64,000 bases of DNA, taken from NCBI GenBank assembly GCA_042090345.1, contig JBELJN010000006.1, forward strand, positions 11,923 to 75,922, given 5' to 3'. The notes under the pieces were generated by a model. It was not told the DNA's origin. It did not search any database and worked only from the letters and a program-made list of their open reading frames with translations. This document shows, piece by piece, positions 28,933-37,417 of the stretch. Positions within the stretch are counted from its first letter, which is position 1. Each line of letters starts with the position of its first letter. This DNA is from Halieaceae bacterium (GTDB lineage: Bacteria > Pseudomonadota > Gammaproteobacteria > Pseudomonadales > Halieaceae). Position numbers and translations under genes: made by a program.

Positions 28933-29190
28933 CTAACCTCGTCGAGTCGAGGGTACGTAGACACCGTAAAAATAGGCCTGAAGAGCCAAATCAACTGCAA
29001 CCACGCCTAAAATAACGGGCCATACCTCGCCTCGGATTTCAGAAACATCGGTATCGAGCATGATCGATTTTGTTATCTCGCCTGGAAGCGAAAGGTTGTT
29101 ATTCACAAGCGCATCTGGGGGCGCTGCGACCGCGGACAATGACATCGTCATTGATATTGCGAGAACTGCTATCGTTTTTATTCGCTGCAT
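28933..29190 (-). CDS. Small exported protein (85 aa) with Sec-type signal peptide and C-terminal hydrophobic helix; candidate precursor or substrate
   Basis: The ATG is preceded by a perfect AAGGAGGG 5 nt upstream. The protein has signal MQRIKTIAVLAISMTMSLSAVAA, an acidic middle segment, then VWPVILGVVAVDLALQAYFYGVYV followed by PSTRRG. Confidence 0.65.
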   Translation of the reverse strand: MQRIKTIAVLAISMTMSLSAVAAPPDALVNNNLSLPGEITKSIMLDTDVSEIRGEVWPVILGVVAVDLALQAYFYGVYVPSTRRG

Positions 29191-29389
29191 TTCGACCCTC
29201 CTTGGTCATCCATAAACACACCCCGACTTGGGGGATAAAGAGGGTCTCAAAAACACAAAGTGAGGTAGAAGACTCCAAGCGCTCAAAACTCAACGATAGA
29301 TCTCGAGAAAGATCATGGTCGATCACTGCCTTCTCAGTATGGGGCGCACCGAGGGAATGCAGCTGACGTTAGGCTCGACAGAGACAGGC

Positions 29390-30295
29390 TTATTCAGCAA
29401 CCGCGAGCTTAAGCACCTGTGCGTAGCCGGTCACGTTGGTAAGCCCATCGAGACACCCCTTAGATCTTAACAGTGCCCGAAGCTTGGGTAGGTTGTAACA
29501 CGGCACGCCTGCCATAAAGTGATGCTCCATATGAAAGTTCACGTTATTTGGCGCTACCAAGAAGCGCTGCCAAAGAGGCGCCTCGACTGTTCGCGTATTC
29601 ATTCTCACGTCCGTATCGAGGGGATCGGGAACCACGGCGTGCTCGCCCACCTGACGAAGCCTTACCACCCACATGTAAGATGTCAAAAACACGCCCATCC
29701 ATATAAACCATGTCCATCCCACACCTAAAGCGAAGAGAATCGATGCAAAGACGAGATGCACGAACAGTTGCTTAGCCAATAAATTTTTCGTGCCCACCGT
29801 CTCCTTGCTCATTTGACTACCAGCACCGCTCGCCAATGTAATCAGTAACTTTAAGCCCGTTTGACCTGTTAGGTCGCGCCTCCATTTCCGATAAAGACTG
29901 CGTTTATTTATTGGGTACGCTTCATAATTTGGCAGATCAGGGTCCTCATGTGTGCCCGCGAAGCGATGATGTGAGGCGTGCCCTCTCGCGTAAGATTCAA
30001 GATCACCAAGCGTTGGAAGTGCGCAAAGCCACTGCCCCACCCAGGCGTTAAGCGATTTCGTCTTAAAGAGGCTGCCATGGCCCGCTTCATGCATTAATAC
30101 CGCAAGACTGAGTTGCCTTCCCGGGAGTACGATCCAGGCAAAAAGTAATGTAAAAATACTTGGAAAGTACCCCACGAGCATGAGGATGCCAAAAATGACT
30201 GTCCAAGCGCCCAAGACATGCATCCACGCCTTTACATCGCTTCGCTGCAAAAGCAATTCTCGCTCCTCTACTGATAGAACATTACTTGGCTTCAT
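29390..30295 (-). CDS. Membrane fatty-acid desaturase family protein
   Basis: Three histidine boxes are present: HEAGHGS, HASHHRF and HMEHHF. Several TM helices are predicted. ATG 30295 has GAGGAG just upstream. The track ORF extends to 30406. Confidence 0.8.
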   Translation of the reverse strand: MKPSNVLSVEERELLLQRSDVKAWMHVLGAWTVIFGILMLVGYFPSIFTLLFAWIVLPGRQLSLAVLMHEAGHGSLFKTKSLNAWVGQWLCALPTLGDLESYARGHASHHRFAGTHEDPDLPNYEAYPINKRSLYRKWRRDLTGQTGLKLLITLASGAGSQMSKETVGTKNLLAKQLFVHLVFASILFALGVGWTWFIWMGVFLTSYMWVVRLRQVGEHAVVPDPLDTDVRMNTRTVEAPLWQRFLVAPNNVNFHMEHHFMAGVPCYNLPKLRALLRSKGCLDGLTNVTGYAQVLKLAVAE

Positions 30296-30430
30296 TTGCT
30301 CCTCGTCTCTCTTTGAAGTGCTTTTTTTGAACTGCGCTTTTTGAAGTGCGCTTTTACTCACACCAGCAGACCTCAGTTGAGACCCCAGTATAAGCGATGT
30401 AGCCAAACGACCCAGCCTGATCTTCCACCC

Positions 30431-32152
30431 TCAAGCGAAGTACACCGTGTGCAGCATAATGAGTATGCCAACCGAGTACGTCACTGTAATGGGCAGGCCA
30501 AATCGGAGATAGTCTCCGCGTGTATAGCTCCCTAAGTTTTGTACGATCAAGTTAGTCGCATAGCCGTAGGGCGTAAGGAACGAGCCGCTTGCGGCAAATG
30601 CCACGGCCAGCGCAAATGGCATCACACTGACTCCCGCCGCGTCGGCAAACGCATACGCAATAGGGAACATCAGCGCCGCCGCCGCGTTGTTGGTGACTAA
30701 CTCAGTCAGTAGCAAGGTAATGAGAAACACACCTACGAGCCCAAGAAAAGACGAACTTCCGCTCAAAACAGGCAACACCGAACTCACCAACGTCTCAATG
30801 AGTTGACTCTCGATCATTGCATCGGCCAATACCAGAGCGGAGGACACTAAGATCCAAATATCAAAGGGAAAACGTCGCCTTAAGTCATCTACACTTACGA
30901 CATCTGCCGCCCAAAAACCCGTCAGCAAGAGTAATAGCCCCAGCGAGAGCGGCGCAGCACCCGTCGCGGCGAGTACAATGACTGCCAATAACGCCGCGGT
31001 AGCCAAAAGCCCCGACGTCGGGTTCATCAAACGAACATCGACACGGTCGGATAAAACAATAAAGTTTCGGCTCAAGTTCTTGCGATCAGCAAAATCATCA
31101 CCAGTAGCAAGCACCAATAAGTCACCGGCCTTTAGCGGCAGCTCACCAAGCCTGCCCGGTACGTGCTGCCCATCCCGCTGGAGTGCCACGATCGCGGCAT
31201 TAAACCTCGCGCGAAAACCTAGCGACTTAGCGGTTCGTCCATTGAGAACAGAGCCCGGCGCAATCAGCACTTCAGTCAACTCACTCTGCATCAGACCTTC
31301 GCGCTTCGCAAAAGTACTAAGACCTGATATCTGGTCGAGTCTTGCCACGTCCGAAACATCGCCAGTGAATACCAAGCGATCCTCAGGAAGGAGTGTCTCT
31401 GTCGGTGATACGGGCGTTATCGTCCGGCCGTCGCGCAGAATTTCAGCCAGGTACAGGGTCTCCAACGCTCTGAGTCCAGCTGTTTCGACGCTCTTTCCGA
31501 CTAAAACTCCGTCAGAATCCACCTCAGCTTCTAAGGTGTACTCGTTATCCGTACTCTCAAGGTTCTCCCGGATGGGTAAACGTCTCGATAAAAGCACCAA
31601 CAAACACCCGACCACTAAGACAACGGGGCCGGAAATACCAAAGAAGTCACCAAAACTCAGGCCTGTACCACGCTGTTCCTCGAGAAAGCTGCTAACAATC
31701 AGATTGGTAGAGGTACCTATAAGCGTGAGGGTTCCACCTAGGATGGCCGCGTACGAGAGTGGCAGCAGTAACCGCGAGGGGGCATGATGTTCACTTCGGC
31801 GTAAAACATGCGCAAGGCTCGCTACAACAGCCGTATTGTTGAGCAGTGCAGACATGGGTACTGTCACGGCAACGATACGAGCCGTCGCCACAGATAACCG
31901 AGGCGAATCAATCATTCGAGACAACATACCCAGCCAAGGAAGCCGTTCTAGAGCCACTGCACACAGCATGAGCAACAGTAACGTGACCAATCCTGCATTG
32001 GTGGTCTTTGCCCAAAAGGTATCGACAGTCACCATGCCTGTAACGAGGCAGAACAGTGCCGCCATCAAGAACAAAATTGTCGCGCTGACGCGGTACAATA
32101 CAAGTGCGCTGATCAAGCTAGCCAACGTCAAGCCAGCGAGCCATAAGTCCAT
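30431..32152 (-). CDS. SLC13/DASS-type anion permease with two central TrkA-C (RCK C-terminal) domains
   Basis: Two roughly 190-aa multi-TM halves flank a soluble central region of about 180 aa (…[27 protein letters not shown]… and …[27 protein letters not shown]…). ATG 32152 is preferred. The track ORF starts at TTG 32170. Confidence 0.75.
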   Translation of the reverse strand: MDLWLAGLTLASLISALVLYRVSATILFLMAALFCLVTGMVTVDTFWAKTTNAGLVTLLLLMLCAVALERLPWLGMLSRMIDSPRLSVATARIVAVTVPMSALLNNTAVVASLAHVLRRSEHHAPSRLLLPLSYAAILGGTLTLIGTSTNLIVSSFLEEQRGTGLSFGDFFGISGPVVLVVGCLLVLLSRRLPIRENLESTDNEYTLEAEVDSDGVLVGKSVETAGLRALETLYLAEILRDGRTITPVSPTETLLPEDRLVFTGDVSDVARLDQISGLSTFAKREGLMQSELTEVLIAPGSVLNGRTAKSLGFRARFNAAIVALQRDGQHVPGRLGELPLKAGDLLVLATGDDFADRKNLSRNFIVLSDRVDVRLMNPTSGLLATAALLAVIVLAATGAAPLSLGLLLLLTGFWAADVVSVDDLRRRFPFDIWILVSSALVLADAMIESQLIETLVSSVLPVLSGSSSFLGLVGVFLITLLLTELVTNNAAAALMFPIAYAFADAAGVSVMPFALAVAFAASGSFLTPYGYATNLIVQNLGSYTRGDYLRFGLPITVTYSVGILIMLHTVYFA

Positions 32153-32156
32153 GATG

Positions 32157-32165
32157 CCCCCCCCC
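32157..32165 (-). repeat. Homopolymeric G9 tract (C9 on the plus strand) at the ribosome-binding position of the SLC13 permease
   Basis: On the coding strand the sequence is TTGTTGGGGGGGGGCATCATG. The G9 run ends 4 nt before ATG 32152. Confidence 0.9.
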
Positions 32166-32280
32166 AACAATAAAAATGGTCATCACCAAAACACCCTGAG
32201 CTGCGCTGCCATCTAGAGCTCGTGCGCGGGTCCGACTCGCGCTAAAGTAACACATCATTTGCACACAACAGGAATCAAAC

Positions 32281-32655
32281 ATGCTTGGCTACGTGACCCT
32301 TGGCACTTCAAACTTGGCGGCTGCAATAGACTTTTACACGGCATTAACTGCGGAGATGGGCTGGAAAAAGCTAATGGGAACGGACCGTATCGTCTTCTTT
32401 GGCTCGTCAATGGAACAGGCTGCTCTGGCGATCTGCACGCCCTACGACGAGCAGGCACCAACGGCAGGAAATGGCGTCATGGTTGCATTTCACGGGGGCA
32501 GCCCAGGGGGAGTAGATGCCTTGTATTCAAAGGCTATTGAACTTGGCGCCGCCTGCGACGGAGAGCCAGGCGAGCGCGTCCCCGGCGTTTTCTATGGTGC
32601 TTATGTAAGAGATGCCGAAGGCAATAAGTTATGCTTCTGCCACTTCACGCTGTAA
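32281..32655 (+). CDS. VOC (glyoxalase/bleomycin-resistance/dioxygenase) family protein
   Basis: 124 aa. MLGYVTLGTSNLAAAIDFYTAL... and ...GAYVRDAEGNKLCF are typical beta-alpha-beta-beta-beta VOC modules. Confidence 0.75.
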   Translation: MLGYVTLGTSNLAAAIDFYTALTAEMGWKKLMGTDRIVFFGSSMEQAALAICTPYDEQAPTAGNGVMVAFHGGSPGGVDALYSKAIELGAACDGEPGERVPGVFYGAYVRDAEGNKLCFCHFTL

Positions 32656-32677
32656 TAATCCGGTGGCGTAGAGTTCG

Positions 32678-32698
32678 CGGGCTGGGTCGCCCAGCCCG
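32678..32698. terminator. Nine-bp GC-rich hairpin between the convergent VOC and DUF501 genes
   Basis: CGGGCTGGG-TCG-CCCAGCCCG is a perfect inverted repeat. Neither strand has a strong U-tract. Confidence 0.4.
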
Positions 32699-32702
32699 AG
32701 AG

Positions 32703-33257
32703 TTAGCCATGTCGCCACTCAAAATCTTCGGCACTCGCTATGAGTTGATCAACTGCTGAGCCGACGCAGTTTGCCTCGACCATATGTGCTGCATACCACG
32801 TATGCAAACAGCGGATTCTGCTTGGCTCTTTAATACCCCCGATACCTCGATCTGATAGCGCTGACATCATCCCACGATCCGTTAGCAGTGTCCGCTCTGC
32901 TTCGCTCAGAAAAGTCTCTCGCAGGCGTTTGTGTGCTTCGTGCGCCAGCTCCATTTGCTCCTGCAATGTCGCACTGTTATCAACATCTCTCTGAAGCCTC
33001 GCAATCCAGCCCGCCGCCTCAAGTCGATCGATCTTCAGTGAGATGTCGGCGTCAATAAGCCAAAATAGGGTCGGGAATGGTTTCCCGTCCACAACCGAGC
33101 TTACCCTTATGACGGCTGGTTCGCCCTGCGCATTGAAGGCGGATACGTCGCAGAATCCCCTAGGCTCTCGTCCCAGTCGCTCCGTGACAAAGTCGCGCCA
33201 CTGCGCTACACGCGAATCTTTCTGCTCAGATATTTGCATGCGCGAACCGTAGCACAA
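32703..33257 (-). CDS. DUF501 domain protein
   Basis: GEPAVIRVSSVVDGKPFPTLFWLIDADISLKIDRLEAAGWI matches the DUF501 core as I remember it. ATG 33239 is an alternative start. Confidence 0.65.
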   Translation of the reverse strand: MCYGSRMQISEQKDSRVAQWRDFVTERLGREPRGFCDVSAFNAQGEPAVIRVSSVVDGKPFPTLFWLIDADISLKIDRLEAAGWIARLQRDVDNSATLQEQMELAHEAHKRLRETFLSEAERTLLTDRGMMSALSDRGIGGIKEPSRIRCLHTWYAAHMVEANCVGSAVDQLIASAEDFEWRHG

Positions 33258-33264
33258 AATGCAA

Positions 33265-33294
33265 TTGACTCGGACAGATCATGGGGTGTAATGT
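33265..33294 (+). promoter_or_regulatory. Putative sigma70 promoter of the btuB operon
   Basis: TTGACT (33265-33270), an 18-nt spacer and TAATGT (33289-33294). This places the transcription start at about the first nucleotide of the riboswitch P1 stem. Confidence 0.4.
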
Positions 33295-33300
33295 CCGGCG

Positions 33301-33421
33301 CTTAGGTGCCTACAGGTGGAAATGCCCGGGTAGGTTAAAAGGGAAGTCTGGATGAGCCAGCGCTGCCCCCGCAACGGTAATTGTATTGTTATGACAGTAC
33401 AGAGCCCGATACCTGCCTAAG
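33301..33421 (+). promoter_or_regulatory. Cobalamin (B12) riboswitch
   Basis: The conserved core GGTTAAAAGGGAAGTCTGG...AGCGCTGCCCCCGCAACGGTAA and the B12-box region AGAGCCCGATACCTGCC are present. P1 forms between CTTAGGTG (33301) and ACCTGCCTAAG (33411-33421). The element lies directly upstream of btuB. Confidence 0.9.
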
Positions 33422-33529
33422 CAATACAAACCCGTGGCGCGGTGGGCTCCAGCAGGGAGCTTCCGCTTCGTGCTGTGCGCGCTGCTGGCCTCTTTGCTTG
33501 TTCATTGCTCCTCTAAACATGGAGCCAAC

Positions 33530-35389
33530 ATGGCCAAGCTAACAAGACCCCTTACCCTCGCGGTATCAATTACTGTTTCCTCGCATTTCGCAGTCGCGGG
33601 CTCGATTGAAGAAACGGTTGTCGTGGCCGACCGAGTCGACACCGCCGTCAACTCACTCGCCGTATCCGTGAACGTTTTAGACCGCGAACTCATTTCTGCG
33701 TTGGGCTCTGCCACATTACCTCAACTGCTCAAGTCACAAGTCGGCATATCCACGACTCAAAACGGGGGTATTGGAGCAGTAAGCGGTATTCGCGTCCGAG
33801 GGCAAGACGCCTTTAGAACCCGAGTATTGATTGATGGCATCGATATAAGTGACCCCTCCTCGCCTCAAATTGCGCCCAGAATGGAGCACATACTGGCAGC
33901 CTCTCTCGAGCGCGTGGAAGTACTGCGAGGGACACAAGGATTGCTATGGGGCGCAGATGCAGGTGGTGTGATCTCACTGACGAGTCGTCGCGCAACAGAG
34001 CAGCCAAGCATTACTGTGAGTGCTGAGCGCGGCGGTTACGGCTTTGAAACAGAGTCCATCGTAGCGAGTAGCGGCGCCACTTCTTTGGGTGAGATGACAG
34101 CCGTTTTGAACCATGTGGGTATGGATGGCTTCAACGCATTAAAAAGTGATACCCAATTGGCCGATAACGATGGCTATGACAACGACAGCTACCGTCTCAG
34201 TTATACCACACCACAGTGGCAAGGTTGGTCGGCAACGATAAGCGCGCGCGAAGTAGATGCAGCAACGGACTACGATGGCTGTGGAAGATTCGACGAAAGC
34301 TACAGTTTCATATCGAGTAATGACTGTTCAGACGGTTACAACAATGAGACGCGAGCCGTCGTTGTGCGTCACGCGGGTGACGGTAATTCAACCCAAATCA
34401 GTATGAGTGAAAGTGACAGCGACCGTGCTTATTTTACGGACGGTCTTTTTCAGTTCGCACTCAAGGGCTCTAACGAACAAATGTCTGTTTCACACAATCG
34501 GACCCTGACTGAAAACTACGATCTAACTGTCGGCGTTGATCTCGACGAGCAAAGCTACGACGACGGATTTGGGACTGCGAGGAGTCGTGATAACGAGGCG
34601 ATCTTTATGAACGTCAGACGCTCCACTGACAAAGGAACACTCTCGGCCGCAGTGAGAAGCGATGACAATGACGACTTTGGTCGCTTCACCTCTTGGCGGA
34701 TCACCGCACTGACCGAGACCGGCTTTGATGGCGTAGCCTTTAAGGCAGCTTATGGAACGGGATTTCGCGCGCCATCCCCCTATGAAGTGGGCTCTAATCA
34801 ATCACCCTTCGCACTGCCTGAGGCACGAGAGACAGCATTAAACGAGGAACAAAGCGAAGGCTGGGAGATGGGGCTTCGTGGCAGCCAAGACCACCTATCA
34901 TGGGAGCTTACTTACTTCGACCAAGAAGTAAGCGATGCAATCGTCTATAGCTATAACCCGGCACTGTTTGCCGGGGGCTACCTTCAAATACCCGGCACTA
35001 GCCAATCCAGCGGAGTCGAGGCGACGGCAGCTTGGGAGATTGGCGAGGGCGTAACGCTAGAGGGCTTTGTCACTGATTTGAGCTCAGACGATGCAAACGG
35101 TAACGATCTGCCGTATCGGCCAGAAACCACGGCACAAGTGTCAGCACGATACAGTGCGGCGAAGATCGATTGGCTTTTACTCGCTCGCTACACAAGCGAT
35201 CGCAGTGATGGCTTCGGCACCCGCCTCAGCGAATACACTGTGATGGATGGATCCTTCAGGTATGCGATAACGGATGAGCTAAACGTCTCAGTGCGCGCAG
35301 AGAATCTCACCAACGAGGGTTACTCTGATATTGTCGGCTACCGAAGTGCCGGTCGCACATTTTACGTCGGCCTTAATGTATCCATCTAG
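33530..35389 (+). CDS. btuB: TonB-dependent vitamin B12 outer-membrane receptor
   Basis: ATG 33530 is preceded by GGAG. The protein has signal peptide MAKLTRPLTLAVSITVSSHFAVA, TonB box ETVVVADR, a plug and a 22-strand-size barrel. A cobalamin riboswitch lies upstream. Confidence 0.85.
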   Translation: MAKLTRPLTLAVSITVSSHFAVAGSIEETVVVADRVDTAVNSLAVSVNVLDRELISALGSATLPQLLKSQVGISTTQNGGIGAVSGIRVRGQDAFRTRVLIDGIDISDPSSPQIAPRMEHILAASLERVEVLRGTQGLLWGADAGGVISLTSRRATEQPSITVSAERGGYGFETESIVASSGATSLGEMTAVLNHVGMDGFNALKSDTQLADNDGYDNDSYRLSYTTPQWQGWSATISAREVDAATDYDGCGRFDESYSFISSNDCSDGYNNETRAVVVRHAGDGNSTQISMSESDSDRAYFTDGLFQFALKGSNEQMSVSHNRTLTENYDLTVGVDLDEQSYDDGFGTARSRDNEAIFMNVRRSTDKGTLSAAVRSDDNDDFGRFTSWRITALTETGFDGVAFKAAYGTGFRAPSPYEVGSNQSPFALPEARETALNEEQSEGWEMGLRGSQDHLSWELTYFDQEVSDAIVYSYNPALFAGGYLQIPGTSQSSGVEATAAWEIGEGVTLEGFVTDLSSDDANGNDLPYRPETTAQVSARYSAAKIDWLLLARYTSDRSDGFGTRLSEYTVMDGSFRYAITDELNVSVRAENLTNEGYSDIVGYRSAGRTFYVGLNVSI

Positions 35390-35398
35390 GTGGGAAAT

Positions 35399-35998
35399 AT
35401 GAGTAAAGCAGCCAAACACAAAGCCTCCATGGAAAAGCAAAAGACCAACGTCGACGCATCCATCGCAGCAGCTGATACCGAGAAAAGCCTTGTTTTACTG
35501 CTTACCGGCAACGGTAAAGGCAAAACAAGTTCTGCGTTTGGCATGGTCATGAGAGCGATGGGGTACGGACACCGCGTTGGCATTGTCCAATTTATCAAAG
35601 GCGAACAACTCTCTGGTGAAGAGCTCTTCGCGCGTGAAAATCTCCCAGAGACCGACTTTTACCAGATGGGCACTGGCTTTACCTGGGACACTCAGGATCG
35701 GCAATCCGATATTGAAGCGGCACAGCGCACATGGCGTGAAGCACATCGAATGCTAAGCGACCCAAGCTATGACCTTGTCATTCTCGATGAACTAACTTAC
35801 ATGCTGTCATTTGATTACCTAGAGGAAAGCGTTGTACTTGAGGCGATTCATCAGCGTCCTGAGCAGCAGAGCGTTGTGGTGACTGGCCGCGGCGGCGGTT
35901 CTGCGCTACAGGAGCTCGCCGATACGGTATCCGAGGTAAAAGAGATTAAGCATGCGTTTAGGGCAGGCATCAAAGCGCGCAAGGGCGTGGACTTTTAA
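35399..35998 (+). CDS. cobO: Cob(I)yrinic acid a,c-diamide / cob(I)alamin adenosyltransferase
   Basis: LLLTGNGKGKTSSAFGMVMRAMGYGHRVGIVQFIKG and ILDELTY are CobO/BtuR P-loop motifs. GTG 35390, directly after the btuB stop, is an alternative start. Confidence 0.9.
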   Translation: MSKAAKHKASMEKQKTNVDASIAAADTEKSLVLLLTGNGKGKTSSAFGMVMRAMGYGHRVGIVQFIKGEQLSGEELFARENLPETDFYQMGTGFTWDTQDRQSDIEAAQRTWREAHRMLSDPSYDLVILDELTYMLSFDYLEESVVLEAIHQRPEQQSVVVTGRGGGSALQELADTVSEVKEIKHAFRAGIKARKGVDF

Positions 35999-36595
35999 GT
36001 GTCAGAGGCCACTCACCCTGCCCTGAAACTGCGGCCTTTTATTGGTTACAAGGCCACAAATGCTTTTTTTCAGGGGCTTTGGGGAACGGCCTATGTCGGA
36101 CTCATGTCGCCTCTGCCGCCTGAAGTCTTCTCTGCAGGCGGTATTGGCTTTAGCTTGGGTACGTGGCTGGTGGCTCTCGCCTACTCGCGACTGTTTAACC
36201 TCTCCGCCTTCTTTCGCATTTCGCTTGCCGTGGAAGTCGTTGCTTTAATCAGCGTAATCGCCATTTTGATCTACCCGCCGGGCTTTGCGATCGCCGCCGG
36301 CATATACCTCGGATTCCAATTTGCACTGATTTTTGGCAGTTACTTGGGAAGGCTCGAGACGCTTGTCGTGGCTAAAGACAGCCTAAAACACCTCGATATG
36401 GGTAAATCGATTGGCGCCCTGCTGGGGCTCGGCTTCGCCGCTCTGTTTTACCAGTGGGCGCGGCTTTGGCTGAACATTGACGAATCAACAATCCTTGTTC
36501 AAATGATTCATTACCCACTGCTTTTGGTACAAGCCGTGAATGTAGGACTGCTACTCTCGTCATTTGACCGCTCGCGGTTCAGCGACGCACTCTAA
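35999..36595 (+). CDS. Six-TM membrane protein of unknown family, last gene of the riboswitch-controlled btuB operon
   Basis: A GTG start immediately follows the cobO TAA. The product is 198 aa with six hydrophobic segments and no cysteine. I recognise no family. Confidence 0.6.
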   Translation: MSEATHPALKLRPFIGYKATNAFFQGLWGTAYVGLMSPLPPEVFSAGGIGFSLGTWLVALAYSRLFNLSAFFRISLAVEVVALISVIAILIYPPGFAIAAGIYLGFQFALIFGSYLGRLETLVVAKDSLKHLDMGKSIGALLGLGFAALFYQWARLWLNIDESTILVQMIHYPLLLVQAVNVGLLLSSFDRSRFSDAL

Positions 36596-36631
36596 CACGA
36601 GGTTCCCCGCATCAATTAAAGCGCTTGTAGA

Positions 36632-37417
36632 TTACTCGAGAAGCTCGGGCTGCTCACTCAAAATAACGTCAAACAAAGGCTGACCACTAAACCACCCAGA
36701 GAGCGTGCTCCCCACCTGTTTTTGGGTGTGCACCGCCATGTCATGGGGGATCGGTTTTGTCTCGCCGGCGGCCTCAGCCAGTAACTGTGCTTGGCAAGAA
36801 CGCTCCATGGTGACATACCACCATGTTGCCTCTTCCACCGACTGACCCACTGTGAGATGTCCGTGATTTTTCAAAACGATTGCTTTCTTGTCGCCCAACG
36901 TCGCCGCCAAGCGCTCGCCCTCTGTCATATCGACAACCACTCCGGTGTAATCATCAAGCAACGCATGGTCACCATAAAAAGCGCAGGCATCTTGTGTGAG
37001 TGGGTCGAGTAAGCGTCCTAGGGAAGACCACGTCTTACCGTAGATTGAGTGCGCATGCGCCGCGGCCGTGACATCCGGTCTCGCCGCATGAATTTGGCTG
37101 TGAATCGTGAATGCAGCACCATTTAGAATCCCGCTGCCCTCCACAATTTTTCCATCGTGATCAACACGAATGAGATCAGAGACACGCATCATCTTGAAGG
37201 AGCGTCCCATGGGGTTCACCCAAAACGTCTCTGGGTCGAGTGGATCGCGAACTGTAATGTGCCCAGCAACGCCTTCATCGAAACCGAAACGACCAAATAT
37301 TCGAAGAGCGGCGGCGAGACGCTGTTTGCGAAATAGTTGTTCATCGGCCGGCGAACGCTCGACATGGCCCATGTTCTCATCCGCGTTCATGATAAGACTA
37401 TTAACGTGTTGATTCAT
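36632..37417 (-). CDS. Class II aldolase/adducin family protein
   Basis: FGFDEGVAGHITVRDP..., ...AAHAHSIYG and ...VLKNHGHLTVG are class II aldolase metal and active-site regions. Length is 261 aa. Confidence 0.8.
   Translation of the reverse strand: MNQHVNSLIMNADENMGHVERSPADEQLFRKQRLAAALRIFGRFGFDEGVAGHITVRDPLDPETFWVNPMGRSFKMMRVSDLIRVDHDGKIVEGSGILNGAAFTIHSQIHAARPDVTAAAHAHSIYGKTWSSLGRLLDPLTQDACAFYGDHALLDDYTGVVVDMTEGERLAATLGDKKAIVLKNHGHLTVGQSVEEATWWYVTMERSCQAQLLAEAAGETKPIPHDMAVHTQKQVGSTLSGWFSGQPLFDVILSEQPELLE

Noticed and set aside
30978-31787. A 269-aa ORF on the plus strand inside the SLC13 permease gene.
   Set aside because: It is entirely antisense to a well-supported membrane transporter. 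Its composition is S/R/P-rich and low in complexity, as expected for a shadow frame, and it has no Shine-Dalgarno.
35999-36595. Calling the six-TM protein after cobO a BtuM vitamin B12 transporter.
   Set aside because: As I recall, BtuM function depends on a conserved cobalt-ligating cysteine, and this protein has no cysteine. I kept it as an unknown family and reported it as a finding instead.
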